From: Ligaoa zhengdingensis
GTDB lineage: Bacteria; Bacillota; Clostridia; Oscillospirales; Ruminococcaceae
Direction of reading: 5' to 3'
Assembly: GCF_014384885.1 (NCBI RefSeq)
Contig: NZ_JACRST010000001.1
Location: 397,985 to 461,984, forward strand
Length of the DNA stretch: 64,000 nucleotides
The notes under the pieces were generated by a model that saw only the letters and a list, made by a program, of their open reading frames with translations, did not search any database and was not told the origin of the DNA. The position numbers were made by a program, and so were the translations under genes. Below are positions 1-9,309 of this stretch, piece by piece. The number at the start of each line of letters is the position of its first letter. Positions within the stretch are counted from its first letter, which is position 1.

Positions 1-1201
1 ACAGAGCCGTCTTTGCCGCTCATATTGATGGAATAGCTTATGGTTTCGCCGCTGTCATCGACGTAGGATACCCCGTAATATGGCAGCAGACCATAGAATG
101 TCATATTCAGCAGCAGCGGACGATCCGGTGACAGTTCGTCCAGAGCGTACAGCTCTTCTGTGGAAAACGATAGGCTGCTGCTCATAGAAGCCTCGATTCC
201 CAGCACCTTGAAGTCCTTTACGGCATACTCGCAGGAAAGCAGCACCCTGGCCAGCGGCTCTGCCGTACTGACGGAAACCTCGTGGTAATCGGAAATGCCG
301 TCCAACACATCCTCCGCCCAATGTGCCTGAATCGCAGGCTCAAACGCCTGCCGGATACGCTGCAAAGCGTGCTCTTTTCCCGCTTCTTCGGTTTCCCCGT
401 TATACAAATCCAACGGCAGGAAGCGGTAGGGCGGGAAGTCTCCGGGTTCCCCTTTTGTCACAAAATAGGTGTACTGCTCATAGGCGCAGAGCCTGCCGTC
501 CGCATCGAGATACATTCCGCCCGCCCACGGAATATCATCGGGAGAAGCCGTCAGAAACGCGGGTTCCCAGCAATAGACCGTGTAGCTGCCGCTTTCATCC
601 GTAAGGACTTCTTTTTGATAAAACTGCACAACCTCATAGCCGGTGAGGATATCCGTTCGGGAGGGAGAGGCGCACTGCGCGGCCAATCGCTGCGCCCGCT
701 GGTCAAGAATGGCCTGATGGTATTCATAAGCGTCTTTGTCTACCTGTACTTCGGTGCGGTAACCGTTGCGGATCAGCCAGTAGAGCGTTTCGTCCTCAAA
801 GCTCATGCGATGGCTGTCTCCTTTTCCGTTGAAATAAATGCCGTTTATATGGTTTTCATCCAATCCGGCAAAGAAAACGAAGTGTTCGTCAGATGAGTTA
901 TATGCGTCAGGCCCCCCGGAGAGGTATATCTCCATCGTATAATGGTCCAAGCCTTGACCGGGCTGCTCGCTATGGTGTTCCGCTGCGGCATTGAGGACGG
1001 AGGCCATGTCTTCGGCGCTTACATACTCACGAGAAAAGAATGATGAGATATATTTGATTTCCTCTGCTTTTACCGTTGCCATCCGCTCGACGATCCCCGC
1101 TTTTGCAGAGTCCCCGTCGGCTGGCTCGTTTGGCTTTGCGCCGCAGCCCGCTGTCAGCAGGCAGAGCGCAAGCGTCAGCACAATAATTGGCAGTCGTTTC
1201 A
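1..1201 (-). CDS. Secreted lipoprotein of unknown function, 3'-truncated by the window edge (>400 aa)
   Basis: An ATG at 1199-1201 (minus) is preceded by AGGAGGAACAC. The product begins MKRLPIIVLTLALCLLTAGCGAK, i.e. a signal peptide with an LTAGC lipobox. Manual translation shows the frame stays open to position 1. It is absent from the ORF track only because no stop lies inside the window. The + strand ORFs at 282..896 and 323..604 are shadows of this frame. Confidence 0.7.
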
Positions 1202-1294
1202 TAAAAGTGTTCCTCCTTTCGGGCATATCATCATCTTTCACTTTGTGCGGATAAACTTATCCAATATAATTATACCATGCAAAGCACGAACTTT

Positions 1295-1612
1295 TCAATT
1301 CCAGTCTCCATACAAATGTGCAACTTTTCTATGAACGCCGCACTTTTTCGCCGCCTCGCTTGCCGCCCTGCGGCGTTCCTCGCTGTATGGGGCGGTCAGA
1401 CGGAAAGAGAAGCGCCCCTTGCGGATTTCAAATTCCATGCAGCCCGTGTCCGGGTCTGCGTCGGTCTGGCGGCACTCACCGGGGTGAGCTGCGGCATAGG
1501 CGGTCAGCCTGTTCTTGAGGTCGGTGTTGTGGGTGCGGATATGGATAAGCGGCTCTTTCTCATCAAACCAAATATCGGTGGTCTTTTCCTGCTTCGTAAG
1601 CCCTGTTCTCAT
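1295..1612 (-). CDS. Hypothetical small protein (105 aa) at the relaxase-distal end of the mobile element
   Basis: Start chosen at the internal ATG (MRTGLTKQEK...), which has a good RBS GAAAGGAGAG 5 nt upstream. No family was recognised. The gene sits in the lower-GC block. Confidence 0.5.
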   Translation of the reverse strand: MRTGLTKQEKTTDIWFDEKEPLIHIRTHNTDLKNRLTAYAAAHPGECRQTDADPDTGCMEFEIRKGRFSFRLTAPYSEERRRAASEAAKKCGVHRKVAHLYGDWN

Positions 1613-1784
1613 AAACTCTCCTTTCTGCCCTCTGTCGCACAGGAGTGGCATTTTTCGGCTGTTTTCTCCGGCTCTTGACTTGAAGAAAACGGCGATTTTC
1701 AAACAGAAGCGCGCCGGACGATGTCTGCCCTGTCTGACGCGCTCCCATTCGATAAAATGCGTTTTTTCCGGCTCTACACAGGAA

Positions 1785-3047
1785 TCAGCGAGCTTCGTCC
1801 CTCGTGACCGCTTTTTCTCTGTGCGGATGGAAGAATCGCCACAGATTATTGCGCTGAATCACATCCTCATAGCTGCGGACTTTCCCGCGCAGCTCCGTAT
1901 TTTCACGCTCCAATTCTGCTGCACGGAGCTTGCCGCGAACAGACTTATAATCGGAAATCTCCTGCTTCAAACCGACAATCTCAGCCTTGAGTTTTGCAAT
2001 CAGTTTGTTTGCCGCATCCAACGCCTTTTGCAGTTTGGATTCCTTTTTCTCTGCTGTAACGTACTTCTTTGCCAGAGTGGAAAGTCGGTCAAAGTCCTCA
2101 CGCTCCACGACAACTTTGGATGAGAAGGGAATGGACGTTGCCACGATTTTTTCGATAGACCGCACATCGACCCGCTGATTCTGGATTTTTTCAATTTTGC
2201 TTCCAAGCGTTGCTGCCTGTTTTTCCTGCTGGCGGTTCCGCTCTGTGAGTTCTGCCAGCCGCGCCTGTTCCTGCTGCACCTTGAACTGTGTCACCGTCAG
2301 ATGTTCCTCCGAGCTGCCGCGTTCGCCTCGCTCCACATCGTCATACCCTGCCTTTCGCATGGCGGCGAAGAAATCATCTTGCAGAACAGAATAGGATTTT
2401 CGGAGCACAGTTTTTCCGTTTGCGTTCAGCAGCGGTTTCCCATGCTCGTCCAGCGCGGGCTTGGAATCCCACTTTTTACTCATACTGACCTGCTGTATCG
2501 TTTCCTTGACTGTCCCAACCAGCGATTTATCCTTGCACCGCTTCGACCACAGAATTTTCTTCTCTACGACGGGGATATAGACCACATGAAGGTGATAATG
2601 GTACACGTCCTTGCCCAGCACGTCGGACATGGCACGATTGCGCTCGTCGGCGTGCATGACCGCAGAGAGAATGTACTGCTCTCCGCCTACGATTTCTATT
2701 GCGGATTTGTATGCGTCGGTGTAGAATTGTTTTGCGAAGTCATAGCCGCCGTGATTATGAAAATAGGCGGTGTTTACGTCAAAGACCAGCTCGCCGTAGA
2801 GAAAGGCATCCTCTTTCAGTCCGCGGGTGGAGATGATCCCATCCTCTTTCATCTGCTCAAACATCTCCGCATATCCAGCGGTCGGTTTCTTGAAATGAAT
2901 ATTGAGGCGCGTTCTTTCCGGGACAATATCCTGATTGACATAGGATTCCTTTTCCCGTTCGTTGTGCTGCTGCGCGTTGCCGATTCTGGCAGCCGTCAGC
3001 CTCATATTTCTTGCGTTGGTACGGTGAATACCGTCGCCTCTTGCCAT
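1785..3047 (-). CDS. mob: Plasmid recombination/mobilisation relaxase (MobV / Mob_Pre family)
   Basis: The N-terminus MARGDGIHRTNARNMRLTAARIGNAQQHNEREKE, the HADERN...HYHLHVVY histidine motif and a long coiled-coil C-terminus are typical of Pre/MobV relaxases. The true start is ATG 3045-3047 with RBS AGGAGG. The ORF-track start at 3302 is an upstream in-frame extension. Confidence 0.85.
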   Translation of the reverse strand: MARGDGIHRTNARNMRLTAARIGNAQQHNEREKESYVNQDIVPERTRLNIHFKKPTAGYAEMFEQMKEDGIISTRGLKEDAFLYGELVFDVNTAYFHNHGGYDFAKQFYTDAYKSAIEIVGGEQYILSAVMHADERNRAMSDVLGKDVYHYHLHVVYIPVVEKKILWSKRCKDKSLVGTVKETIQQVSMSKKWDSKPALDEHGKPLLNANGKTVLRKSYSVLQDDFFAAMRKAGYDDVERGERGSSEEHLTVTQFKVQQEQARLAELTERNRQQEKQAATLGSKIEKIQNQRVDVRSIEKIVATSIPFSSKVVVEREDFDRLSTLAKKYVTAEKKESKLQKALDAANKLIAKLKAEIVGLKQEISDYKSVRGKLRAAELERENTELRGKVRSYEDVIQRNNLWRFFHPHREKAVTRDEAR

Positions 3048-3092
3048 AGGCAGTTTACCTCCTGGTTTCAGATTGTGCAGGACGGGAGAGCT

Positions 3093-3210
3093 TTGGGGGA
3101 GCACTTCTGCGGAAGTGTAATAACCCACTATGATACTTTCATCCTGTGGCTGCAAAGTATCGTGGGCTCTCCGAGGGGGAACGGGGAATGCGGCTTCTGC
3201 GGAAGCCTCT
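3093..3210. promoter_or_regulatory. Candidate oriT / nic region upstream of mob
   Basis: Two near-identical small palindromes lie about 95 nt apart. They are ACTTCTGCGGAAGT (~3097-3110) and GCTTCTGCGGAAGC (~3193-3206). Partly repeated flanks are TAACCCACTATGATACTTTC and TACCCACTTTGCAAAATC. The region sits immediately 5' of the relaxase gene, as in MobV oriTs. Confidence 0.4.
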
Positions 3211-3441
3211 GCCGTGGCTTGCAAGTAGTACCCACTTTGCAAAATCCACGGCGTGACCGCCAGCCTTTCAGCAATCGAATTTGCTTCAACGCTGCCGCTC
3301 ACAGGCAGAGAGAATTTTGAAAATCCTCTCCGCCATCCATCTCAAAATCTGCGGGTTTTTCGATGGAGACGGGGATGCGAGGGGCTGTGTCAGCCAATGC
3401 TTTACCTTGTCTGCCAGCAACAGGAGCGTGGCACGCTCCTG

Positions 3442-3696
3442 TCACAGTTCCCAAGGAGGAGTAGTCCATCGGTAGCTCTGCGGCACTCCACGCCGGTCAA
3501 GATACTCCTGCCGCGCCTGCTCCCGTTCTTCTTCGTTGGGAGCGGTTTTGTACCGGGAATAGAGCTGCCGGTTCAGCATGGCGTCGAGCTTTTGCTCCAA
3601 GCCCTGCCGGATTTCTTCTTCAAAATCATCCTCGCCCCGCAGATGGTACATGGCGAGGTCGATGAACAGATCATAGGGGATTTGTACGCTTTTCAT
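3442..3696 (-). CDS. Hypothetical small protein (84 aa) in the mobile element
   Basis: Start taken at the internal ATG (MKSVQIPYDLFIDLAMYHL...) with upstream GGAAAGGATAGGAAA. It lies in an operon-like arrangement between the repA-like gene and mob. The product is charged and helical with no recognised family. Confidence 0.5.
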   Translation of the reverse strand: MKSVQIPYDLFIDLAMYHLRGEDDFEEEIRQGLEQKLDAMLNRQLYSRYKTAPNEEEREQARQEYLDRRGVPQSYRWTTPPWEL

Positions 3697-3700
3697 TTTC

Positions 3701-3792
3701 CTATCCTTTCCTATCCGCGACGGTCGCAACGATTGCGACGGTTGCTTTGATGGCATCATTTCCACCGTCGCGACCGTCGCAGCCGTCGCGCT
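3701..3792. repeat. Iteron-like repeat block with two direct and two inverted copies of CGACGG(T/C)(C/T)GC
   Basis: The block reads CGCGACGGTCGCAACGATTGCGACGGTTGC ... CACCGTCGCGACCGTCGCAGCCGTCGCG. The repeats flank the AT-richer core TTTGATGGCATCATTTCCA and are non-coding. Confidence 0.55.
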
Positions 3793-3796
3793 GTCC

Positions 3797-4969
3797 TCAG
3801 TCGATTACTTCGTACTCAACATTGCCGATTACCATATAGGTGAGCTTCACCTGCCGCCCGGAGTGTTTGGCCCTGTTCTCATACCTCACATGGTACTCGT
3901 CCAGCAGCCTGCCGGATTTAACGTTCAGGTATTTGGTGAGGGCATTTGCCGCCATGCCTGTATTCACCGCTTCCGCAAGCTCGGTCGGACTGCCTGCCCA
4001 TTCTCTGCTTTCGGAGGAAACAAGCTGGGAAACCGTATCCAATACAGGGTCGGGAGGCTCCTGATAAGGCTCGTTCTCCGTCCGTTCAAGGCTCCATATC
4101 TGCGTGCCGGCATCTTTTTTCAGATATAGAATCTGATCCTGTTGATCTCGCCCCACCGCATCGACCGTGGCCTCCAATGCTGTCCGTTTCTTCTTCTGCA
4201 TCAGGAGTGCTCCGTCTGCACAACCGAGAAGTCCTGTTGTGCCGGAGATCGTTTCAAAGCTGTCCCCAGCTGGCTGTTTTCTTGTGTGATGGACGGTAAC
4301 GATGCAAATGCTGTGCCTGTCTGCAAAACGCTTGAGTTTGCCGATGATCTCATAGTCGCTGGCGTAGCTGTAAGCCTCACCTCCGGCTTCCCGAATCTTC
4401 TGCATGGTGTCAATGATAACCAGTTTCGTATCGGGGTGTTCCTTTATGAAATTCTCAAGCTGCTCGTCAAGACCGTTTCCGATTTTGTTTGCTGCCGTTG
4501 CAAAATGCAGGCTGGCGGTATCCGCCACGCCGTACATCATAAACATCCGGCTCTGGATTCTCTGGAAATCATCCTCCAGCGCAAGGTACAGAACCGTACC
4601 CTGGTGGACTTCATAGCCCCACAGCCTTTGCCCTGTGCTGACATGGTAGGCAAGCTGCGCTACCAGAAATGATTTTCCGATTTTGGGCGCTCCTGCGAGG
4701 ATATATGCCCCGGAGTAGAGCAGACCGTCTATGACGGGCGGTCTGCTCTTGTAGGCGGTCTGATACAGCTCTGTCATGGAAACGGTATGAAGATAATGCG
4801 GGTCGTTCATGCGCCGGATTCTCTCACGCATTTCCTCAATATTTTCCTCAGGGGGATTGCTTTCGCAGGTTTCATGTGGTATCCTCTGTTTAGTTGAATC
4901 GTGAGGCGGCTGCCCTCCATCTGCGCCAACAGATGGGATGAGGGCGGTCGTTTTCTCATTTTCCGTCAT
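3797..4969 (-). CDS. RepA-like AAA_25 ATPase (DnaB/RecA-fold helicase-like replication protein of mobile elements)
   Basis: It has a P-loop GAPKIGKS, a Walker B VIIDTM, and the later motif IVTVHHTRK typical of AAA_25/RepA. The preferred start is ATG 4969 (MTENEK...) with RBS GGAGGTG 6 nt upstream. The ORF-track GTG at 4978 has a weaker RBS. Confidence 0.75.
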   Translation of the reverse strand: MTENEKTTALIPSVGADGGQPPHDSTKQRIPHETCESNPPEENIEEMRERIRRMNDPHYLHTVSMTELYQTAYKSRPPVIDGLLYSGAYILAGAPKIGKSFLVAQLAYHVSTGQRLWGYEVHQGTVLYLALEDDFQRIQSRMFMMYGVADTASLHFATAANKIGNGLDEQLENFIKEHPDTKLVIIDTMQKIREAGGEAYSYASDYEIIGKLKRFADRHSICIVTVHHTRKQPAGDSFETISGTTGLLGCADGALLMQKKKRTALEATVDAVGRDQQDQILYLKKDAGTQIWSLERTENEPYQEPPDPVLDTVSQLVSSESREWAGSPTELAEAVNTGMAANALTKYLNVKSGRLLDEYHVRYENRAKHSGRQVKLTYMVIGNVEYEVID

Positions 4970-5162
4970 TTCGCTCACCTCCGGGAATCTGGAAGCCGTA
5001 GAACTTCTGCTTGAAATACTGGGCGGGGCATTTTCCGGCTACGGTCAGATAGCCCTGGGATTTCAGCTCTCTGTTCATCTCCCGGACGATCTGATATGCC
5101 TTGCTGCGGCTGATGCCCATGATCTCCGCCACCTCTGACGCTGTGATAAACTGTGCTCTCAT
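4956..5162 (-). CDS. xis: Excisionase-like HTH DNA-binding protein (Xis/AlpA-type, HTH_17-like)
   Basis: MRAQFITASEVAEIMGISRSKAYQIVREMNREL is the classic excisionase-family HTH. RBS is AGGAGG with a 4-nt spacer. It overlaps the repA-like start and is divergent from the XRE regulator. Confidence 0.7.
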   Translation of the reverse strand: MRAQFITASEVAEIMGISRSKAYQIVREMNRELKSQGYLTVAGKCPAQYFKQKFYGFQIPGGERNDGK

Positions 5163-5365
5163 AGTACCTCCTGTTTCAATGTGTTTTTCCTCAGTCTGCG
5201 TATCTTTTGTTCATCCTCCTTTCTCTATTCCCTCTGAAATGCGCATCTTGAGTACATATTTTATTATACGCACACAAGATGCATCTGTCAAGCCTTTAGA
5301 AAATAAAAATATGTACTTGCAATTCGTTTTATTCTGTGATATGATATGGACGAGGTGAATCAGAC

Positions 5366-5971
5366 ATGGACAATTTCGATTATCCCGCCATTGGGCAGAG
5401 AATTAAGCAGCTCCGAAAACGCAAGGGGCTGAACCAGACCGAACTGGCACAAATGCTGAAAAAATCTCTCCGCACCGTACAGAAGTACGAAACCGGAGAG
5501 ATCGAAGTGTCGATTGCCGTTGTCAATCAGATTGCCGACCTGTTGGATTCAACGCCGACCTATATCCTCGGCTACGAATCCAGTTCAACGCAGATCAGAA
5601 CGCTTTCCGACGTGATGGACTTCCTCTTTAAGCTGGAAACGGTAGAGGGCATCGACTTCAAGATCGACGTGCAGAAGCCACCCCGCAGCAAGCAGTGGGA
5701 ATGTTCCATTTCCTTTGACGGAAAGAGCATGGCAGAGTTCAACGCCGATATGTGCCTCTTTCTTGAACAGTGGGAGGACGAGCGCAGCGAGCTTCGCGCC
5801 TATAACTCCACGCAGGCAGCATATAAGCGCTGGAAGGAGCAGACTTTGGCATATTACGCCGCGAACGCAGTCAAATGCACAGAGCCGGAGGAACTTGACC
5901 GCGATGAGCGAATCGCAAAGCGGACGGAGTTTCTGGAAAAGGAATACGGTAAAAGCGAGAGTAACGAGTGA
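5366..5971 (+). CDS. XRE-family (Cro/CI-type) HTH transcriptional regulator, likely the element repressor
   Basis: The N-terminus AIGQRIKQLRKRKGLNQTELAQMLKKSLRTVQKYETGE matches HTH_3. RBS is GAGGTGA. An AT-rich divergent promoter region lies at 5163-5365 with TTGCAA and TATGATAT-like elements. Confidence 0.8.
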   Translation: MDNFDYPAIGQRIKQLRKRKGLNQTELAQMLKKSLRTVQKYETGEIEVSIAVVNQIADLLDSTPTYILGYESSSTQIRTLSDVMDFLFKLETVEGIDFKIDVQKPPRSKQWECSISFDGKSMAEFNADMCLFLEQWEDERSELRAYNSTQAAYKRWKEQTLAYYAANAVKCTEPEELDRDERIAKRTEFLEKEYGKSESNE

Positions 5972-6013
5972 ATAACCTGATCAAAGCCTGATTCTTGAGG
6001 GAAGGAGGTAAAA

Positions 6014-7087
6014 ATGTCAGTAACAAAAGACGGCGACACCGGTCGCTGGATGTCCCAGATCCGCGTGACGGACTGGACAGGCAAGACCATCCACAAGAAG
6101 AAGCGTGGCTTTGCCACCAAGAAGGAAGCCCTGCAATGGGAACGTGACTTTATCAGCCAATCCACGGGCAGCCTCGGCATGACCTTCGGTGACTTCATCT
6201 CTCTGTATGTCAAGGATATGGAGCACCGCCTCAAGCCCTCAACCGTTGCCAGCAAGAAATGGCTGATCGACCTGAAGGTAACGCCTTTCTTCAAGAAAAT
6301 TCCGCTGAACGAGATCAAGCCCACTCACGTGCGCCAATGGCAGAACTCCCTGACCAGCTACCGGGATGAAAACGGCAAGCCTTACGCCCAGACCTATCTC
6401 AAGTGCATCAACAACCAGCTCACGGCGATTTTCAACTACGCAGTCAAATACTATGGGCTGAAAGAAAATCCCTGCCACAAGGCGGGGAGCATGGGCAAGA
6501 AGAAAGCCGATGAAATGCTGTTCTGGACAAAGGACGAGTTCCAGACATTTATCGAGAGCATGAAAGACCGTCCCGCCAGCTACACGGTATTCATGACCAT
6601 GTACTACACGGGGATTCGGGAGGGAGAGCTGCTGGCACTCACACCGTCGGACATCGACTTCGAGAAGAAGACCCTGACGGTGAACAAGAGCTATCAGCGC
6701 CTCGGCAAAGAGGATATTATCACCACTCCGAAAACACCGAAAAGCATCCGTACTATCCCTATTCCCGACGGCCTTTGCAACTGTTTGCAGGAGTATATGT
6801 CCCATTGCTACGGGCTGCAAAAGGACGACAGGCTCTTTCCCTACACCAAGAGCTTTCTGTACCACGAAATGAAGTACGGCTGCAAGGCTTCGGGCGTGAA
6901 GCGGATACGGGTGCATGACATTCGACACAGCCACGCCAGCCTGCTGGTGGAGATGGGCTTCTCTCCGCTGCTGATCGCGGAGCGGCTCGGACATGAAAAG
7001 GTACAGACAACGATGGACACGTACAGTCACCTGTACCCCAACAAGCAGGTGGAGGTAGCCAGACAGCTTGACGGCATTATGCCGTGA
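6014..7087 (+). CDS. int: Tyrosine-type site-specific recombinase/integrase (phage-integrase family)
   Basis: It has an N-terminal Arm-type domain, a core-binding SAM-like domain and a catalytic C-terminus. The catalytic stretch reads RVHDIRHSHASLL...LGHEKVQTTMDTYSHLY, consistent with the R..H..R..Y catalytic signature. RBS is GGAAGGAGG. Confidence 0.9.
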   Translation: MSVTKDGDTGRWMSQIRVTDWTGKTIHKKKRGFATKKEALQWERDFISQSTGSLGMTFGDFISLYVKDMEHRLKPSTVASKKWLIDLKVTPFFKKIPLNEIKPTHVRQWQNSLTSYRDENGKPYAQTYLKCINNQLTAIFNYAVKYYGLKENPCHKAGSMGKKKADEMLFWTKDEFQTFIESMKDRPASYTVFMTMYYTGIREGELLALTPSDIDFEKKTLTVNKSYQRLGKEDIITTPKTPKSIRTIPIPDGLCNCLQEYMSHCYGLQKDDRLFPYTKSFLYHEMKYGCKASGVKRIRVHDIRHSHASLLVEMGFSPLLIAERLGHEKVQTTMDTYSHLYPNKQVEVARQLDGIMP

Positions 7088-7146
7088 GCCTCTGGCTACA
7101 AAAATCGCTGCAAATGTAGCCAATTTGTAGCCGCTAAAAAAGAAAA

Positions 7147-7192
7147 ATCCTGAAAAACGCTGTATTACCAACGCTTTTCAGGATTCAGAAAA
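7147..7192 (-). terminator. Rho-independent terminator of guaA
   Basis: The hairpin AATCCTGAAAAACG-loop-CGCTTTTCAGGATT forms a ~13 bp stem with one mismatch. On the minus strand it is followed by TTTTTCTTTTTT. Confidence 0.7.
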
Positions 7193-7202
7193 CACTAAAT
7201 AT

Positions 7203-8732
7203 TTATTCCCACTCTATCGTCGCCGGGGGCTTGCTCGTGATGTCGTAGACGATACGGTTGATCCCACGCACCTCATTCACGATGCGCACACTGGCGGCTT
7301 CCAGCACTTCATAAGGGATGCGCGCCCAATCCGCAGTCATAAAATCAGTCGTCGTAACCGCGCGCAGCGCCAACGTATAATCGTAGGTGCGGGCATCGCC
7401 CATCACACCGACCGAGCGCATATCCGTGATGACGGCAAAATACTGGTTGATGGATTGATCCAATCCCGCCTTTGCGATTTCATCGCGGAAAATCCAGTCA
7501 GCATCCCGCAGGATGTCCAGCTTCTCCTTGACCACCTCTCCGATGCAGCGGATCGCCAAGCCCGGACCGGGAAACGGCTGGCGATTGACCAATACATCTG
7601 CCAGCCCCAGTTCGCGGCCGAGCTGGCGCACCTCATCCTTAAACAACAGGCGCAGGGGTTCAATAATCTCCTTAAAGTCCACATAATCTGGCAAACCGCC
7701 GACATTGTGGTGGCTTTTGATGACAGCCGCATCGCCCAGACCCGATTCGATCACATCAGGATAGATCGTACCCTGCGCAAGAAAATCCACTTTGCCAACC
7801 TTTTTGGCCTCTTCTTCAAAAACGCGGATAAATTCCTCGCCGATGATTTTGCGCTTGCGCTCAGGCTCAGTCACGCCAACCAACTTGCCCAAAAAGCGAT
7901 CCTCTGCATTGACACGCACAAAGTTGACCTTCCACTGGCGGAATGCCTCTTCAACCTCATCGCCTTCATTTTTGCGCATACAACCGTGATCGACAAAGAT
8001 GCAGGTGAGCTGACTGCCGATCGCCTTGGCCAAAAGAGCGGCGCAGACCGAACTGTCGACGCCGCCTGAAAGAGCCAACAGTACCTTGCCGTCGCCGACC
8101 TTCTGGCGGATCTGCTCCACCTCAGCAATGGCATAATCGCCCATCGTCCAGTCGCCGGTGAGTCCGCACACTTTAGTTAGAAAGTTGCGCAGCATGGCAA
8201 TGCCGTTTTCCGTGTGCAACACCTCTGGATGAAACTGCACCCCATACAGCTTTTTGGCTTTGTTCTGCATGGCGGCGACCGGGGTACAGTCGGTGTGCGC
8301 CACAGCCTCAAATCCTTCGGGCAGCCCACTGACATAGTCGGTATGGCTCATCCAGGAGATACCCGACTCCGGTAGCCCCTCAAACAGCGGGCAGGTTGTA
8401 TCGTAATAGGTCTGAGTTTTTCCATATTCTCGGCTGTCCGGGGTGGTCACTTTGCCGCCAAGCGCGTGTGCCATCGCCTGGATACCGTAGCAGATGCCCA
8501 GCACCGGAATGCCCAACTCCAGAATTGCCGGATCGCAGTGCGGAGAATCCTCCAGATAAACACTGTTGGGCCCACCGGTGAAGATGATACCGGCCGGGTT
8601 GAGTTCTTTGATTTTGTCGATACCGATTTGATAAGGATAGACCTCGCAGTAGACGTTACATTCCCGCACACGCCTCGCAATCAGCTGATTATACTGACCG
8701 CCGAAGTCCAATACTAAAATTGTCTGATGCAC
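7203..8732 (-). CDS. guaA: GMP synthase (glutamine-hydrolysing)
   Basis: The product runs 509 aa from [24 protein letters not shown] to IEWE. It has a GATase class-I N-terminus, an ATP-pyrophosphatase SGGVDSSV motif and the conserved GuaA C-terminal dimerisation domain. Confidence 0.97.
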   Translation of the reverse strand: MHQTILVLDFGGQYNQLIARRVRECNVYCEVYPYQIGIDKIKELNPAGIIFTGGPNSVYLEDSPHCDPAILELGIPVLGICYGIQAMAHALGGKVTTPDSREYGKTQTYYDTTCPLFEGLPESGISWMSHTDYVSGLPEGFEAVAHTDCTPVAAMQNKAKKLYGVQFHPEVLHTENGIAMLRNFLTKVCGLTGDWTMGDYAIAEVEQIRQKVGDGKVLLALSGGVDSSVCAALLAKAIGSQLTCIFVDHGCMRKNEGDEVEEAFRQWKVNFVRVNAEDRFLGKLVGVTEPERKRKIIGEEFIRVFEEEAKKVGKVDFLAQGTIYPDVIESGLGDAAVIKSHHNVGGLPDYVDFKEIIEPLRLLFKDEVRQLGRELGLADVLVNRQPFPGPGLAIRCIGEVVKEKLDILRDADWIFRDEIAKAGLDQSINQYFAVITDMRSVGVMGDARTYDYTLALRAVTTTDFMTADWARIPYEVLEAASVRIVNEVRGINRIVYDITSKPPATIEWE

Positions 8733-9024
8733 AGCAAAACCCTCGACTTTCTCTCAATCTCTCAAGCCATTGTGATACACTTTATTGTGCCATCATTTCA
8801 AAAAAATTGCAACGATTCCGCACAATTTCGATAAAGTTTCTGCAATCCGCCAAAATTTTTTAAAAGCGTCTTTAAATCCTTGTCGATTAAATCAATAAAA
8901 TGGCGGCTTCTTCCCGACCATTGAATAAATCGTGATCCGGCGGCCGATACTATCCACAGGCGGACAAAAAAACAGGCGAACTCCCCGGACGCCTCTCAGG
9001 GAAAGAAAAGGAGTTGAAATTTCT

Positions 9025-9234
9025 ATGTTGGATAAAATTGCTTTGATTCTGGTCATCATCGGCGCGCTCAACTGGGGCGCAATCGGCATCTTCCAGTTCG
9101 ACGTGGTGGCCTGGCTGTTCGGCGGCCAGGCAGCGATGTTCAGCCGTGTGATCTACACGCTGGTCGCGCTGGCAGGTGTATGGGCCATCTCGCTGTTGTT
9201 CCGCGACAACGGACGCCGCGAGATCCACGAATAA
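9025..9234 (+). CDS. DUF378-family small membrane protein (69 aa)
   Basis: MLDKIALILVIIGALNWGAIGIFQFDVVAWLFGG is the DUF378 signature. RBS AAAAGGAG lies 10 nt upstream. The ORF-track start at 8932 is an unsupported extension. Confidence 0.75.
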   Translation: MLDKIALILVIIGALNWGAIGIFQFDVVAWLFGGQAAMFSRVIYTLVALAGVWAISLLFRDNGRREIHE

Positions 9235-9250
9235 CCGGATTTGTTTGAAA

Positions 9251-9302
9251 GCGTCGCCCCGCTACTCTGTTCTATTGGAACGGATGGGGCGGCGCTTTTT
9301 TT
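9251..9302 (+). terminator. Rho-independent terminator after the DUF378 gene
   Basis: A GCGTCGCCCC...GGGGCGGCGC stem is followed by TTTTTTT. Confidence 0.7.
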
Positions 9303-9309
9303 CGGTCGC

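Larger units (their letters stand above)
1202..7146. mobile_element. Integrative mobilisable element (IME-like: mob, repA-like, xis, XRE, int), right end abutting the guaA terminator
   Basis: This is a contiguous block of MGE genes with visibly lower GC than the flanking chromosome. The integrase gene is terminal and sits next to the guaA 3' region. The left boundary and attL were not identified. The element may extend past position 1. Confidence 0.55.

Noticed and set aside
282-896. The + strand ORFs 282..896, 323..604 and 991..1254 inside the first kilobase
   Set aside because: They are antisense or shadow frames of the long minus-strand lipoprotein gene (open from 1201 to the window edge, with a good RBS and signal peptide). 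They have no RBS and a low-complexity, Arg-rich composition.
7088-7146. attR core at the integrase-proximal end (GGCTACA...TGTAGCC / TGTAGCC repeats)
   Set aside because: A matching direct repeat could not be found by eye in 1200-1800. The site is flagged only as a candidate within the mobile-element finding, not as a feature.
8733-8931. Possible purine (guanine) riboswitch in the guaA 5' region
   Set aside because: The reverse-complemented leader lacks the conserved purine-riboswitch junction and loop elements (UAUAAU...GGGAUAUGGCCC...GUUUCUACC...CCGUAAAU). Only a promoter-like TTGCAA...TGNTATCACAAT was seen.
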